From Candidatus Brocadiia bacterium (lineage in GTDB: Bacteria; Planctomycetota; Brocadiia; SM23-32): a stretch of DNA of 64,000 nucleotides. Made by a program: the position numbers and the translations under genes. The notes beneath the pieces are model-generated. The model searched no databases. It saw only the letters and a program-made list of their open reading frames with translations, and was not told the DNA's origin. Below, piece after piece: positions 29,488 to 40,069 of the stretch (within the stretch, counting starts at the first letter, position 1; each line of letters begins with the position of its first letter). The stretch spans positions 32,001-96,000 of the forward strand of contig JBKHIT010000004.1 of assembly GCA_046538485.1 (NCBI GenBank), written 5' to 3'.

Positions 29488-30858
29488 TTATTCGACCGGC
29501 GGGTTATCTTTCAGGGACGATAGAGACGTTTTAAGCTCTTCCTCGGGCAACGTAGAATCTTCAAGCCCTTCGCTCAGGTAGCTATCATAAGCCATCAGAT
29601 CCATCAAACCGTGGCCGCTGTAATTGAAAAGTATAACCTTTTCCCGGCCTTCTTCTTTGGCTTTTAAGGCTTCGCGAATGGTTGCTGCTATAGCGTGGCT
29701 GGTTTCCGGCGCACAAATGCTCCCTTCCGTACGCGCCCATTGGAGCGCAGCCTGGTAGCACTCAAGCTGATCCAGCGCCAGGGGCGACATAAGGTCATCA
29801 ACGATCGCCTGGCTGATCAACGGAGCCATTCCATGGTACCTGAGTCCGCCCGCATGGATGCCCGGCGGGATAAACTCATGACCCAAGGAGTGCATCGGGA
29901 GCAGCGGCGTCGTGCAGGCGACATCGCCGAAATCATACGCAAACTCACCACGTGTCATTGTCGGACACGCTGTCGGCTCCACCGGGACGACTTCAATATC
30001 GGCGCCGTTGATCTTGTCCGCGACGAATGGAAACGACAATCCGGCGAAGTTACTGCCTCCCCCGCAACAACCAACCAGGACATCGGGCTGTTTCTCGCCG
30101 GCCAGTTTCAGTTGCTTTTTCGCCTCGAGACCAATCACCGTCTGGTGAAGGAGGACGTGATTCAACACGCTACCGAGCGAGTAACGGGTTTTGCCTTCTT
30201 CATCAGATATTGCTTCTTCGATTGCCTCACTGATAGCGATACCGAGACTTCCGGGCGTATCAGGCTTTTCGGCAAGCACATTTCGCCCTGCTGCGGTTTC
30301 TTTACTGGGACTCGGCACGCAATTGCCGCCCCAAACCTTCATCATAATTTTTCGGAACGGTTTCTGATCATAGCTGATGCGAACCATGAAAACCTTGCAC
30401 TCGAGTCCGATCAGCTGGCAAGCGAATGATAGTGCGCTCCCCCACTGCCCTGCCCCCGTCTCTGTAGTCAACTTTTCAACCCCGAATTGTTTGTTATACC
30501 AGGCCTGAGCAACCGCCGTGTTCGGTTTGTGACTGCCCGGTGGACTGACACTTTCATCTTTGTAGTAGATCCGCGCCGGTGTATCGAGTTCTCTTTCGAG
30601 GTAGATAGCACGACGCAACGGGCTCGGGCGCCAACGCCGTAGGATGTCCAGGATCCCTTCCGGAATATCGATCCACCGCTCGGCACTCATCTCCTGTTCG
30701 ATCAAATTCATCGGAAAAATCGGAGCCATTGTCTCCGCGCTGATCGGCGTTCCGTCGGCTGTTAAGGGCGGACGTAGCGGATTGGGCAAATCTGCCGCGA
30801 GGTTATACCACTGGCGCGGCAAATTTTTTTCGCTTAACTGTATTTTCACTTCTTCCAT
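29488..30858 (-). CDS. trpB2: Tryptophan synthase beta chain type 2 (TrpB2)
   Basis: Motifs [14 protein letters not shown] (PLP Lys), [28 protein letters not shown]. Confidence 0.9.
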   Translation of the reverse strand: MEEVKIQLSEKNLPRQWYNLAADLPNPLRPPLTADGTPISAETMAPIFPMNLIEQEMSAERWIDIPEGILDILRRWRPSPLRRAIYLERELDTPARIYYKDESVSPPGSHKPNTAVAQAWYNKQFGVEKLTTETGAGQWGSALSFACQLIGLECKVFMVRISYDQKPFRKIMMKVWGGNCVPSPSKETAAGRNVLAEKPDTPGSLGIAISEAIEEAISDEEGKTRYSLGSVLNHVLLHQTVIGLEAKKQLKLAGEKQPDVLVGCCGGGSNFAGLSFPFVADKINGADIEVVPVEPTACPTMTRGEFAYDFGDVACTTPLLPMHSLGHEFIPPGIHAGGLRYHGMAPLISQAIVDDLMSPLALDQLECYQAALQWARTEGSICAPETSHAIAATIREALKAKEEGREKVILFNYSGHGLMDLMAYDSYLSEGLEDSTLPEEELKTSLSSLKDNPPVE

Positions 30859-30959
30859 AACAACTCCTTTAGCAGATCTTGGCAAAACGGGAATACTGTA
30901 GCGTCAGCGGCGCAGAAATTCAAACGTCAGCACCCAGCTGACGGCCCCGTCCGCCGACG

Positions 30960-32234
30960 TTATTCGTCGAAACTACGCGGTGTGGCGGCCCGCGCCACAG
31001 CACGAAGTCGGTTCACCCAAAGTCTCCATTCCCGGTCCATTACTTTAAGCAGCCCCTCCCAGTCTCTCCCTGTGAGATTTACAAGGCCAGGATTATCATC
31101 CATGGTCATCCCGTAAACCTCCAGTAATTGGTTCACAAATTCCTCAAGACTATAAGGCTCAGCGGAATGCCGGGCCCGACGCCGCATCTGCGCGGTTTCG
31201 TCGGAGGTCAGCCCCGCCACCCACCGCAAGGCATTACTGAAAATTTCCGGAGACTCCTCGTCAACAAGCATACCGTTGGCGCGCTGTGCTACGATTTGCC
31301 GGACTCCGGGAGCGTTCAGTGCGACTACAGGGCATCCCGCCGCAAGCGCCTCCGCAAGCACCACTCCTTGAGTCTCACTTCGGGAGGCAAACGCAAACAC
31401 ATCGAAGGCCGCGTATACATCAATCAAGTCCTGGTTTTTAAGCGTGCCCGCAAAAATAACCTTCGAGCTTACATCCGCATCAAAAATGTCCTGAAGCTCG
31501 TCAGCGGAAGGCCCCTCCCCCACTACCAGAAAATATGAATTCTCCTCGAGTTTCAGAAAGCGTTGCACGGACCGCCCCAAAAACTTGAGATTCTTCTCCG
31601 GTGCCAGTCTGCCCACGTATCCCACAACAAAAGCATCCGCTGGAATTCCGTGCTGTCCACGGGCCCTGTCCCTATCGCCCGAAGAAAACTTCTCCAGTTT
31701 CACACCTGTAGGCACGACATTGATCGGAGTTTCAACGCCTCTTTCCTCAAGAAGAGCTGCGATGCTGAGCCCGGGGGCTATGACCCGATGGCACAAGTTC
31801 GCATATCCCGTCGTCAATTCGACCACAAATCTTTTGATACCCTCAAATTGGAGTGGCACATATTCCGTACAATCTTCGTAGCGGGTGTGATGCGTGAAAA
31901 CGAGAGGTAAGTGCCGCGACGCCGCCACTCTGAGTCCCAGATCTCCAATCAGAAAAGGATAGTGAGAATGCAGAATATCCGGGCGAAAATCGTCAAGAAT
32001 CGCGCTCAAATCCGGCGATACCGGTAGAGCAACCGCGAAATCGCTTCCGTTGAAATGTTGAATCGCTGCAACACGCACCACATTGTGCTCGTCTTCCTTG
32101 GCCTCGTCGTAGTCAGGAGCCACCACCAGAACACGGTGTCCTTGTGAGCGTAGTGCGTCTACCGAACTTTTCACCGAAGTTGCCACCCCCCCAACATACG
32201 GGATGTATGTGTTTGTCATCATCACGATGTTCAT
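30960..32234 (-). CDS. Glycosyltransferase family 4
   Basis: Motifs TYIPYVGGV, HSHYPF, THHTRY, VGRLAPEKN, SETQGVVLAEA. Confidence 0.9.
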   Translation of the reverse strand: MNIVMMTNTYIPYVGGVATSVKSSVDALRSQGHRVLVVAPDYDEAKEDEHNVVRVAAIQHFNGSDFAVALPVSPDLSAILDDFRPDILHSHYPFLIGDLGLRVAASRHLPLVFTHHTRYEDCTEYVPLQFEGIKRFVVELTTGYANLCHRVIAPGLSIAALLEERGVETPINVVPTGVKLEKFSSGDRDRARGQHGIPADAFVVGYVGRLAPEKNLKFLGRSVQRFLKLEENSYFLVVGEGPSADELQDIFDADVSSKVIFAGTLKNQDLIDVYAAFDVFAFASRSETQGVVLAEALAAGCPVVALNAPGVRQIVAQRANGMLVDEESPEIFSNALRWVAGLTSDETAQMRRRARHSAEPYSLEEFVNQLLEVYGMTMDDNPGLVNLTGRDWEGLLKVMDREWRLWVNRLRAVARAATPRSFDE

Positions 32235-32398
32235 CTTTCCCGTCCTTTACAGCAAGCCGATTTCATGTAGGTTCATCTTGTGCCATGTCGCCGCCAAATC
32301 TTTTTTCATGTCCCGGGCCTGTTTCATCATGCATACTAAGGGATTTCCAGATTCACATCAGACTGACTACGAGTAATTTCCGCTGCCAGACCTCACGA

Positions 32399-34864
32399 TC
32401 ATTCGTTATCCGGGATCACCAGATCCAGGCCGTCGCAGAACAAACCGATGCCGCGCGGATATTCTTTTCCATCCTCCTCTTTTTTGAATGCCACCCGCCC
32501 TCGCTGAACCGCACTATTATCGTATCCTTTAGGATAAAAATCCTCCTCGGGCCCGACATCCAGGAAAAACGCAAAATTGCCTCCGACGCCCGGATATCCT
32601 TTGGCGATCGCCGTAGCGTTTCCGAAATGCGCTCTCTCGTAAACGTCCCTCCCACCGACGTGATAGCTGACAGCGAACGCTTTTGCGCCCGCCCAACCGG
32701 TATTTCCCCGGAACCCCTTTCCATGAAGATCCGTCATCACATCGTCGCCGCCCAGATCGAGCAGGTATCCCGTCCCCAGATCCCACGCATTTCCCCCGCC
32801 CAATCCGGATGCGCTGTAACGATCGCTGCCGTTATAATCGATCAAATACCCGACGCCCCGATGGCAGCCGTTCCCCAGGGCATGATTCCCCGACCACGTG
32901 CTGCGATTCGCCCCGCCCGGCCCTCGCTTGACAAAATACGTGTCCGCCCCGACCGCATCGCGTACAATTCCCATCCCGCCGGCATAACCCGATGCAACGC
33001 CAAAGGAGGAACCGATATACGAATCATCGCCGTCGGCATCTTGAACAATACCCACGCCGCCTCCCAGCGTCGCATACCACCGGTCCGAATTTTCCCGGGC
33101 TTCCGCACGCCAGCTCGATCCATACCCGATCCCCGCGCCGTCGTATCCGTTGTCCCAATCTTTGCCGATACTGTAAGCACATTCGTGCAAACCCAGGCAC
33201 TGGTAATGGTCGTCACCTTTTTCGTCGCACAAGACGCCAAACGCACTATTAATCCCCGCGCCGATGGCGGCAACCCCCGCAACATACACATCGCGCCCAG
33301 CCCTATCTTCAAGCATTCCCACTCCGCGCCAGAATCCCGTCCCGAAGACGTATTTTTGTCCGAGATAGAGATCATCGCCCGCTTCATCGATAAGACATCC
33401 AATCCCCAGAAACCCCGCCCCAAAACCGAATCCGGCGTCGAGCGGAACGCCTTTTTTGTCAGGTTCCTTTGGGTTACCAAAGAGACGCACAAACGGCACC
33501 AGCATCGTATCCTCACCCTCCGGATCGGGTTGTACAAGGGCATCCCGAGTGGTTTCCCTGGGGTTGAAGCGTCTTGAAAGTCCCTGACAGTATCGGTCAT
33601 TCCCCTTACGGTCGATCAGCACGGAAATCGCACCAATTCCGGCTGCGGGTCCGCCTACGCCATCCGTCCGGTAGAGGTCGGATCCCGAAAAATCGACGAT
33701 AATTTCAAGCGGGTAGTCTCCAATACGTCGTGCTGGCTGCCGCCACAGGTAATCATCGTCGCCTCCAGCGTCGATTATCACAGCCGCTTCGACATCGCGA
33801 TAGACGTTTCTGCCAGGTCCCCCGACCACGATTCGACCGTAATCGGTCTCAAAACTTGTCAGCAATTTTCCTTCTACGCCGGGCAACTGGCTTTCCTGAG
33901 GTGTCATAGCCGACAGCTCTCTCTCAAGGGATTCGAGCCGCGAAGCGTCCAGATGTTCCGCAACGAAATCCCAGCACCGGCCGAGCGCGGGGAAATCGAT
34001 CGAACCTTCCCAGGCTGGATGGGTCGTATTCGCTTCGCGGTCACAATCGCAGATACCTGTGGTCGACACAGGTTCGCCGGCGAGGGCGCGGAGGTAATGA
34101 TACAGACCGGTCATGCTGTGGAGTCGCTCGGGGACAGCGGTCCCGCTTTCCTGCGTTTTTGAGTTGCCGGGTTCAAACGGATCCGATGGATAGAAACCCC
34201 AGTGCATGTAGTACGGCGGAGCGCCCTTCGATCGATTGACAAAACGCCCGTTGCAGCGGCAAATCCACGGCACCACAAATCGCAGAAGACCTCTGTCCTG
34301 CGGACCGAACTCTCCCAGAACGATTTCGTCCATGTATTCTGCGGCGGTTTCAAACATGCTTCGGAACGATTTTAAATGCTGTCCGCCTTTCAATATTTTG
34401 CTACCGAGAACCGGGGATTCTCCATCGTTGCCCGGAAGCGCTTCAAAAAGTTCCTGAACTCTCCGGAACCCGGGCTTCTTTCTTCCTCCGGTATTCAGGA
34501 GATTTGTGGTCCATGATTCAACGCGCCAGACCCCCTCGATGGGATCGTTTTGCACGCGCGCGATCGCCGGTATCCGAGGGTAATTCTGGCTCTGCGCGAG
34601 CGTGCGGTTATATTCACGGCAGTGCCGCACGTATGTCGAGTAATCGGCCCTCGCGCCGTAGCGTTCGTGGAAGAGTCTTGAGCCAGGATCACACCCGGGT
34701 ATCCTATCGCCTCTTTCCAAAATCCCTCTCAGGACTTCGCTCAGTCGCGCCAGATTATTGTTGCGATTACGTGTGGGAGACGACGTATGGTCCGTCGTTG
34801 TCCGGCAGCCCGGGCACATGATGGCCAGTAAGGCGAGCAGAAAAAGGGTAAACGCATGTTTCAT
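32399..34864 (-). CDS. Putative lipoprotein with about 12 Gly-rich D-x-x-G-x-D-x-Y repeats
   Basis: Signal/lipobox MKHAFTLFLLALLAIMCPGC; repeats such as IIDAGGDDDY, LIDRKGNDRY, LIDEAGDDLY, LCDEKGDDHY, LIDYNGSDRY. Confidence 0.75.
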   Translation of the reverse strand: MKHAFTLFLLALLAIMCPGCRTTTDHTSSPTRNRNNNLARLSEVLRGILERGDRIPGCDPGSRLFHERYGARADYSTYVRHCREYNRTLAQSQNYPRIPAIARVQNDPIEGVWRVESWTTNLLNTGGRKKPGFRRVQELFEALPGNDGESPVLGSKILKGGQHLKSFRSMFETAAEYMDEIVLGEFGPQDRGLLRFVVPWICRCNGRFVNRSKGAPPYYMHWGFYPSDPFEPGNSKTQESGTAVPERLHSMTGLYHYLRALAGEPVSTTGICDCDREANTTHPAWEGSIDFPALGRCWDFVAEHLDASRLESLERELSAMTPQESQLPGVEGKLLTSFETDYGRIVVGGPGRNVYRDVEAAVIIDAGGDDDYLWRQPARRIGDYPLEIIVDFSGSDLYRTDGVGGPAAGIGAISVLIDRKGNDRYCQGLSRRFNPRETTRDALVQPDPEGEDTMLVPFVRLFGNPKEPDKKGVPLDAGFGFGAGFLGIGCLIDEAGDDLYLGQKYVFGTGFWRGVGMLEDRAGRDVYVAGVAAIGAGINSAFGVLCDEKGDDHYQCLGLHECAYSIGKDWDNGYDGAGIGYGSSWRAEARENSDRWYATLGGGVGIVQDADGDDSYIGSSFGVASGYAGGMGIVRDAVGADTYFVKRGPGGANRSTWSGNHALGNGCHRGVGYLIDYNGSDRYSASGLGGGNAWDLGTGYLLDLGGDDVMTDLHGKGFRGNTGWAGAKAFAVSYHVGGRDVYERAHFGNATAIAKGYPGVGGNFAFFLDVGPEEDFYPKGYDNSAVQRGRVAFKKEEDGKEYPRGIGLFCDGLDLVIPDNE

Positions 34865-35104
34865 GGGCTTCACAATAATATCCCGACGGCGAAGTGTCTT
34901 TGTTCTAATCGCGAGTGGATTAACCACGATTTCATTACGATATCACTCAAGTGTGCGCACGTAAAGGGAACTTCTTGCTCAGTCAGGGTCTTAGCGCAAT
35001 TCGGCGAGTTCATGCGTTTGACAGAGCCCATTTTGTTCCGGTACAGTCGGGGATCCTGTTAATCTCCCACGGCAGGGGCCCCGCCTTTTGCGGAAGAGGT
35101 ACGT

Positions 35105-37084
35105 ATGAGCTGGAAAGCTTTTTTTATAGGCCTGGTGTTTGTCGGAATCATAAACCTCATAACTCCGTACAATGACTTCGACCTCGCCAACACCTACATG
35201 ACGGGATTCCATTTCCCGGTGGGGGCATTCTTTCTGCTTGTTCTGTTTACTCTGGGTTGCAACACACTCCTCAAACTTGTCAGAAAGGCGTGGGCTTTCA
35301 AGCAACAAGAGCTGATGCTTGTATGGTGCATGATGATCATCGGCTCGACTGTTCCCAGCAGTGGGTTGATGCGCTATTTACACCCCATGATCGCGGCCCC
35401 TTCTTACTACGCAAGCGGGGAAGAATACCAGGACTGGACCAAAGAAGGTCACCTTCTGTCGCGAACACCGGATGCTCTGGTTCTTAGCACAGGTAATGAT
35501 CCAGCCATAAACCCGCGGGCAAAAGCGGCGCAGGATTTCTACGGCGGGACGAGTCGGGATGAAGAGCTCTCTATTCCCTGGCGGCACTGGGCACGTCCGC
35601 TTGTCGCGTGGGGCATATTTCTTCTTATGTTCTACCTATCCATTTTTTTCATGTGCGCGATCCTGCGGGGGAGATGGGTTGACGCCGAGAGGCTATCGTT
35701 CCCGCTGGCCAAAGTGCCACTGGAACTGACCGAGGACAGCAGCGGCAAAAGCTTATTTCCTTCTCTGGTCAGCAACCCTTATTTCCTCGTTGGTGTGGGG
35801 ATTTCGCTGGTTTTCGGATTTGTCCGTCTTTTCGCCATAGAAACCGTTCAAATCAAACTCTGGCGGATTACCAGCGGGACGTTTCTCGAGCAGGGTCACA
35901 TTAATGTTGCCTATGTTTTTCCGTTGGCCATTGGTTTCGCTTTCTTGTTGCCCGCTCAGATCAGTTTCAGTTTCTGGTTTTTCTGGTTGTTCTCCCGTTT
36001 CGAATACATTGCCGCCTATCAGGCCGGTTCCCCCATAACTCAAGGCGATTATGGTCCCTTTATGCAGTGGCAACAGGCGGGGGCGTTTGTGGCATTTACG
36101 GCCGTCATACTCTGGAAGGCCAGAAAGCACATAGCCAAGGTAGCCCGCAAAGCCTTTGGGGCGGGATCAGACGTGGATGATTCAGACGAACCGGTCGGGT
36201 TCAAGCTGGCGTTCTGGGGATTCATCCTCTGCTGCGTTGGCCAGATTGCTTGGTTCCTCTTTTTTGCCGAACCCGCCGGCATATCCGAAGGCGCCCGTGA
36301 GGTCTTCAGCCTTTTGCTTCTGCTTGCATTTATCTTCAGTCTCTTGCTTGTTCACGCCCGGCTGGTGGCTCAGGGCGGGCTTTTTTTCACGCAACAAAAC
36401 TGGGCGCCGGTGCAGGTTGTGCATGGTATAACGGGCGGGTACGGGCTCAGCGCCCCGGCCCTGGTTATGGCCAATATGCAACACGCTATGCTCATGTCGG
36501 ACGCCCGTGAGGTCCTCAGCCCCCATGCAATGAACGCGTTCCGTATCACTTCCATATTCAAAAAGAAGAAACGGCTTTTTATGCCTGCTATGCTCGCCGC
36601 CCTCTTACTCGCACTCCTGGTGGCCGGTTGGTCCAGCATGCGGGTTTTCTATTCAACCGGAGCCAACAACGTCAGTAACGGCTACGGTCCCCGAGTGCTC
36701 GCTCCCAATACATTTAAAACGGCCGAAAAGATGATAATGGAACCCGAAAGTTCTGCTGATATGCAGGCCGGAGCCGGGATTTTCGGGGCAGTATTTATGG
36801 TCGGCGTTCTGGCTGTGCGTATGCGGTTTCACTGGTGGCCCGTGCATCCCATCGGATTCCTTGTGGCAACAACCTATATGATGGGAACGATGTGGCTCTC
36901 ATTTATGATAGGATGGTTTATCAAAACACTGGTTATGTACTTCGGCGGCGGACGGGGTCTGCGGCGCGCGCGTATTTTCTTCCTGGGTATCATTACGATG
37001 GAAGCCTTCTGGGTAGGAACTTGCGCCGTACTGGGCTTCTTGTTGAAACAAAAAATCGGCGGGTACATCTTCCTGCCTGGGTAA
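35105..37084 (+). CDS. Polytopic membrane protein, DUF6785/DUF6784-like putative transporter
   Basis: Many TM helices; IPWRHWARPL, W...ERLSFPLAKVP, WWPVHPIGF; Shine-Dalgarno GAGG upstream. Confidence 0.7.
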   Translation: MSWKAFFIGLVFVGIINLITPYNDFDLANTYMTGFHFPVGAFFLLVLFTLGCNTLLKLVRKAWAFKQQELMLVWCMMIIGSTVPSSGLMRYLHPMIAAPSYYASGEEYQDWTKEGHLLSRTPDALVLSTGNDPAINPRAKAAQDFYGGTSRDEELSIPWRHWARPLVAWGIFLLMFYLSIFFMCAILRGRWVDAERLSFPLAKVPLELTEDSSGKSLFPSLVSNPYFLVGVGISLVFGFVRLFAIETVQIKLWRITSGTFLEQGHINVAYVFPLAIGFAFLLPAQISFSFWFFWLFSRFEYIAAYQAGSPITQGDYGPFMQWQQAGAFVAFTAVILWKARKHIAKVARKAFGAGSDVDDSDEPVGFKLAFWGFILCCVGQIAWFLFFAEPAGISEGAREVFSLLLLLAFIFSLLLVHARLVAQGGLFFTQQNWAPVQVVHGITGGYGLSAPALVMANMQHAMLMSDAREVLSPHAMNAFRITSIFKKKKRLFMPAMLAALLLALLVAGWSSMRVFYSTGANNVSNGYGPRVLAPNTFKTAEKMIMEPESSADMQAGAGIFGAVFMVGVLAVRMRFHWWPVHPIGFLVATTYMMGTMWLSFMIGWFIKTLVMYFGGGRGLRRARIFFLGIITMEAFWVGTCAVLGFLLKQKIGGYIFLPG

Positions 37085-37352
37085 TGCTTCTTGAGTTGCG
37101 CTCACGCCTTCCTGCGCTGGATTATGTGGAGGAAAGACCTCTCATCGCAGGATTTTCCGCACCATTCCGTTTACAATGATTAACACCTCTTATAAAAACG
37201 CAGTATGCCAGAGTATTGAGGTACAAAACCGTTCAACAAATGAAGGTAAGGACCGAATTAAACTGTCAGGAATGAATAAGTTCTGGAGAATATGAATGGA
37301 AAAAGTGATAACCGAGGCGCAGCGAAAACAATTGTTTTCCAACGGGCATTCC

Positions 37353-38375
37353 ATGGGTATATTCTTTGTGCTGTTTTTTCTCTCCGTGACCACATTATTG
37401 GCTGATGTCAAGTCTGAGAAAGATCGAGGAGATCGGATGAAATCGACGGCCCCAAAAACCCCCGAATCTGTCAGAATATCCGAAGACGAAAAACTGGGTT
37501 TCGAGGCTTTTTGGGAACAGTATCAGGACCTGCTTGACCAGCTGGCTGCAAAAAAGTCGGCGATTGAACAAAAAGAAAAAGATGTTGATGAAACCCGTGA
37601 AACGGGGAGAAAACACCACGCGGAATTGCAGAAACTTGAGAAAGAGCGTGATGAAGAAATTGAAGGACTTCGCAACGAAAGAACTGAGACTCTGCGGGAT
37701 CTGTATAAGGAAGCCAAAGAGCTGGAGGAAGAGCACGAAGAGGCTGAAGATGAACTGCGTGAAATAAAATCCAAGGTCAAGAACTCGTCGAAATACGACG
37801 ACCTCCTGCACAAATATAAGCGCGCTGTCAAAAGGCTCGAAAAGGAAATGTACGAAGCCCGGCGCGATTTCAAAGAAGCCAGAGAGATCAATCCCGATTC
37901 GGACAAACCGTGGAAAGATGAAGCCGGAAACGTACGCAAAAAGTACAATGAGATCGCCAAGACCCCCCAAAGTAAATTGGCACGAGTCAGAAATAGACTC
38001 GGGGAAAAGGAAAAAGCTCTTGCTGAGCTCAAAGCCGATTCAAGAGCGCTTGAGGACAAAATCGAAGCAATGAATGAAGCCCTTGAAACGCATTATGATC
38101 AAATGCTGAAAGCCTGTTATGCGCGGGTCAATTGCCGGTATATGATTGATGACGGCAAGGCCAGAGTCACGGGTGGACGCTGGGTCGAATGCGATCACCG
38201 AGTGGATCTGGCCGATACACTGGAGGAAGAAGGGGGTAAAGTTAAAGCTCTGGCGGACAATTTTCTGGCCAATAAAAAACTTGATAAAGCGTATCCGCTA
38301 TATGCGCTGATTGTGGACAGATTTCCTGGAACAAAATCTGCCAAGAAAGCGGCCAGCTTGATACGGAGACGCTGA
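37353..38375 (+). CDS. Secreted coiled-coil protein with C-terminal TPR-like helix pair
   Basis: Signal-like MGIFFVLFFLSVTTLLA, long E/K-rich heptads, C-terminal DKAYPLYALIVDRFPGTKSAKKA. Start uncertain (37296 or 37353). Confidence 0.65.
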   Translation: MGIFFVLFFLSVTTLLADVKSEKDRGDRMKSTAPKTPESVRISEDEKLGFEAFWEQYQDLLDQLAAKKSAIEQKEKDVDETRETGRKHHAELQKLEKERDEEIEGLRNERTETLRDLYKEAKELEEEHEEAEDELREIKSKVKNSSKYDDLLHKYKRAVKRLEKEMYEARRDFKEAREINPDSDKPWKDEAGNVRKKYNEIAKTPQSKLARVRNRLGEKEKALAELKADSRALEDKIEAMNEALETHYDQMLKACYARVNCRYMIDDGKARVTGGRWVECDHRVDLADTLEEEGGKVKALADNFLANKKLDKAYPLYALIVDRFPGTKSAKKAASLIRRR

Positions 38376-38459
38376 AACGATTTCGTCTCCGTATTTTACC
38401 TGCCGGGTCCTAAAAATATAGCCCTGAGGCCTGTAACTGCTCTGCCCAACCCTTTCCGT

Positions 38460-39692
38460 TCAGAACACGGGTGGATCGTCGGAAATTTGCCTTTCGCCCC
38501 GCGTCAACTCGAATGCCGCTTTAACCAGTTTCCTATCGGCTTCCGTCTGTTCTACATCCCGCCGTTCAAACATCCGTCTCTGCGTAATGATGGCCTGATC
38601 GGCCGGGACTTCGGTGACCTGCCCGAAAGAACGCGCGTAATTGCAAAAGCTGGGCACGTTCTGGCCAATATACCCGTAAAGCATACTTCCCACTCCGATG
38701 GTTTTCCCTGTAAATATACTGGTATTAATCGCTGTCTTCGCGTAATCGCCGATGATACATCCAAGAAACTGCATATCGGTCTCAAGTCGTTCGCCCTGAT
38801 GATCCACACGCACTTTGCCGTAGGTGTTTTTCAGATCGCTGTTGCTGGTGCCTGCCCCGAGATTCACCCAGGATCCGATATAGGAATGCCCCAGAAAACC
38901 ATGGTGTTGCTTGTTGGTGTATGCCTGGAGCGTGCTGGCCTCGACTTCGCCTCCAATCTTACAGGTATGAGACGTGGAGACACATTCTTTCATGGATGAA
39001 CGCTCAATTATCCGGGAATTCGGCCCTATGTAAACCGGCCCTTCAAAAAACGTGAAATCAAGGACTTTCACCCCGCGGTCGAGGACCACGGGACCATCTT
39101 CAGTATGGAAAACCGCATTTTTCGGCAATTCAACATCATCCCCAACAAAAACGCCGGGCCGGTCTTCGGAGAATCCGTCTTCCGAAAGTTTACGCTCGAT
39201 GTTGCCCGGAAAAAGTCGTTCCAGGTTATCGACTATTTGAAACGGGTAATCCAGTGTTTCAAAGGCCGAATCTTCCTTCAGCGGCAGTTCCTGGCTGAGG
39301 AGAAACCCGCTGATCTTCTCCGGCCAGAGATCCATCGGAATTTCCCGATCTACTGGCAGCAAAGCTGCACTGACACGCTGCCCACAGGTACAAAGCACAG
39401 CATCTCCGCTCGACAACATCTCCTCAAGATGTTGTACGAGGCCCACATCGGGCACAACTGAAGCATTCAAAAAAAGCGTCGGGCCATCGCCTACCGGTCC
39501 GGCTTTGAAAGAACGCCGCACGACCTTGTCGAGGTAATCGCGCACGATGAAACTGACGTTATCGCCCACCATATGCGCGATCTCATACAGGTTGAAACAG
39601 GCGATCGAAATATCGAACGCCGGCCGGGTCAACGTTACCGGCCAGCTTTTGTCAACGTGCTCGTCCTCGAACAGAATAATATTCCCGGTCAT
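38460..39692 (-). CDS. GlmU-related sugar nucleotidyltransferase/hexapeptide acyltransferase
   Basis: Motifs ILFED...PVTLTRPAFDI, KIGGEVE, NKQHHGFLGHSYIGSWVNLGAGTSNSDLKNTYG. Confidence 0.82.
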   Translation of the reverse strand: MTGNIILFEDEHVDKSWPVTLTRPAFDISIACFNLYEIAHMVGDNVSFIVRDYLDKVVRRSFKAGPVGDGPTLFLNASVVPDVGLVQHLEEMLSSGDAVLCTCGQRVSAALLPVDREIPMDLWPEKISGFLLSQELPLKEDSAFETLDYPFQIVDNLERLFPGNIERKLSEDGFSEDRPGVFVGDDVELPKNAVFHTEDGPVVLDRGVKVLDFTFFEGPVYIGPNSRIIERSSMKECVSTSHTCKIGGEVEASTLQAYTNKQHHGFLGHSYIGSWVNLGAGTSNSDLKNTYGKVRVDHQGERLETDMQFLGCIIGDYAKTAINTSIFTGKTIGVGSMLYGYIGQNVPSFCNYARSFGQVTEVPADQAIITQRRMFERRDVEQTEADRKLVKAAFELTRGERQISDDPPVF

Positions 39693-40069
39693 TATTTTCT
39701 CGCTCCATACTAACGGTCCCGAGCCGCCACAACATCCCTCTCTCGAGCGACCCCTTCGATTCGGAATTATACCACCCCGCCCGGCGCTTTTTCAATCTCG
39801 AACCCTATTCTAAACCGCCCATTTGAACTTCAGTGTGCCGGACATAAAATAGAATAGTAGATTGGTTCTTGTATGAATTATACGGTAATATTCCCCTAAA
39901 AAGCTTCACAGGATGCTGTTACTACAATTTGTATGGCCTCCAGTTGTATTCAGTGTGTATTCTCGACTTTGCCATCGGTAAACGGCACAAATTCACCCTG
40001 TCGGGAGCGTCCGACGCTTGCAAGAACCGGCTAGAGCTTCGCTCTTCCCCAATCCCAGGAGTCACAAAT

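Noticed and set aside
32144..33577. 477-aa + strand ORF
   Set aside because: Antisense shadow of the repeat lipoprotein and GT4 start; no recognisable motifs.
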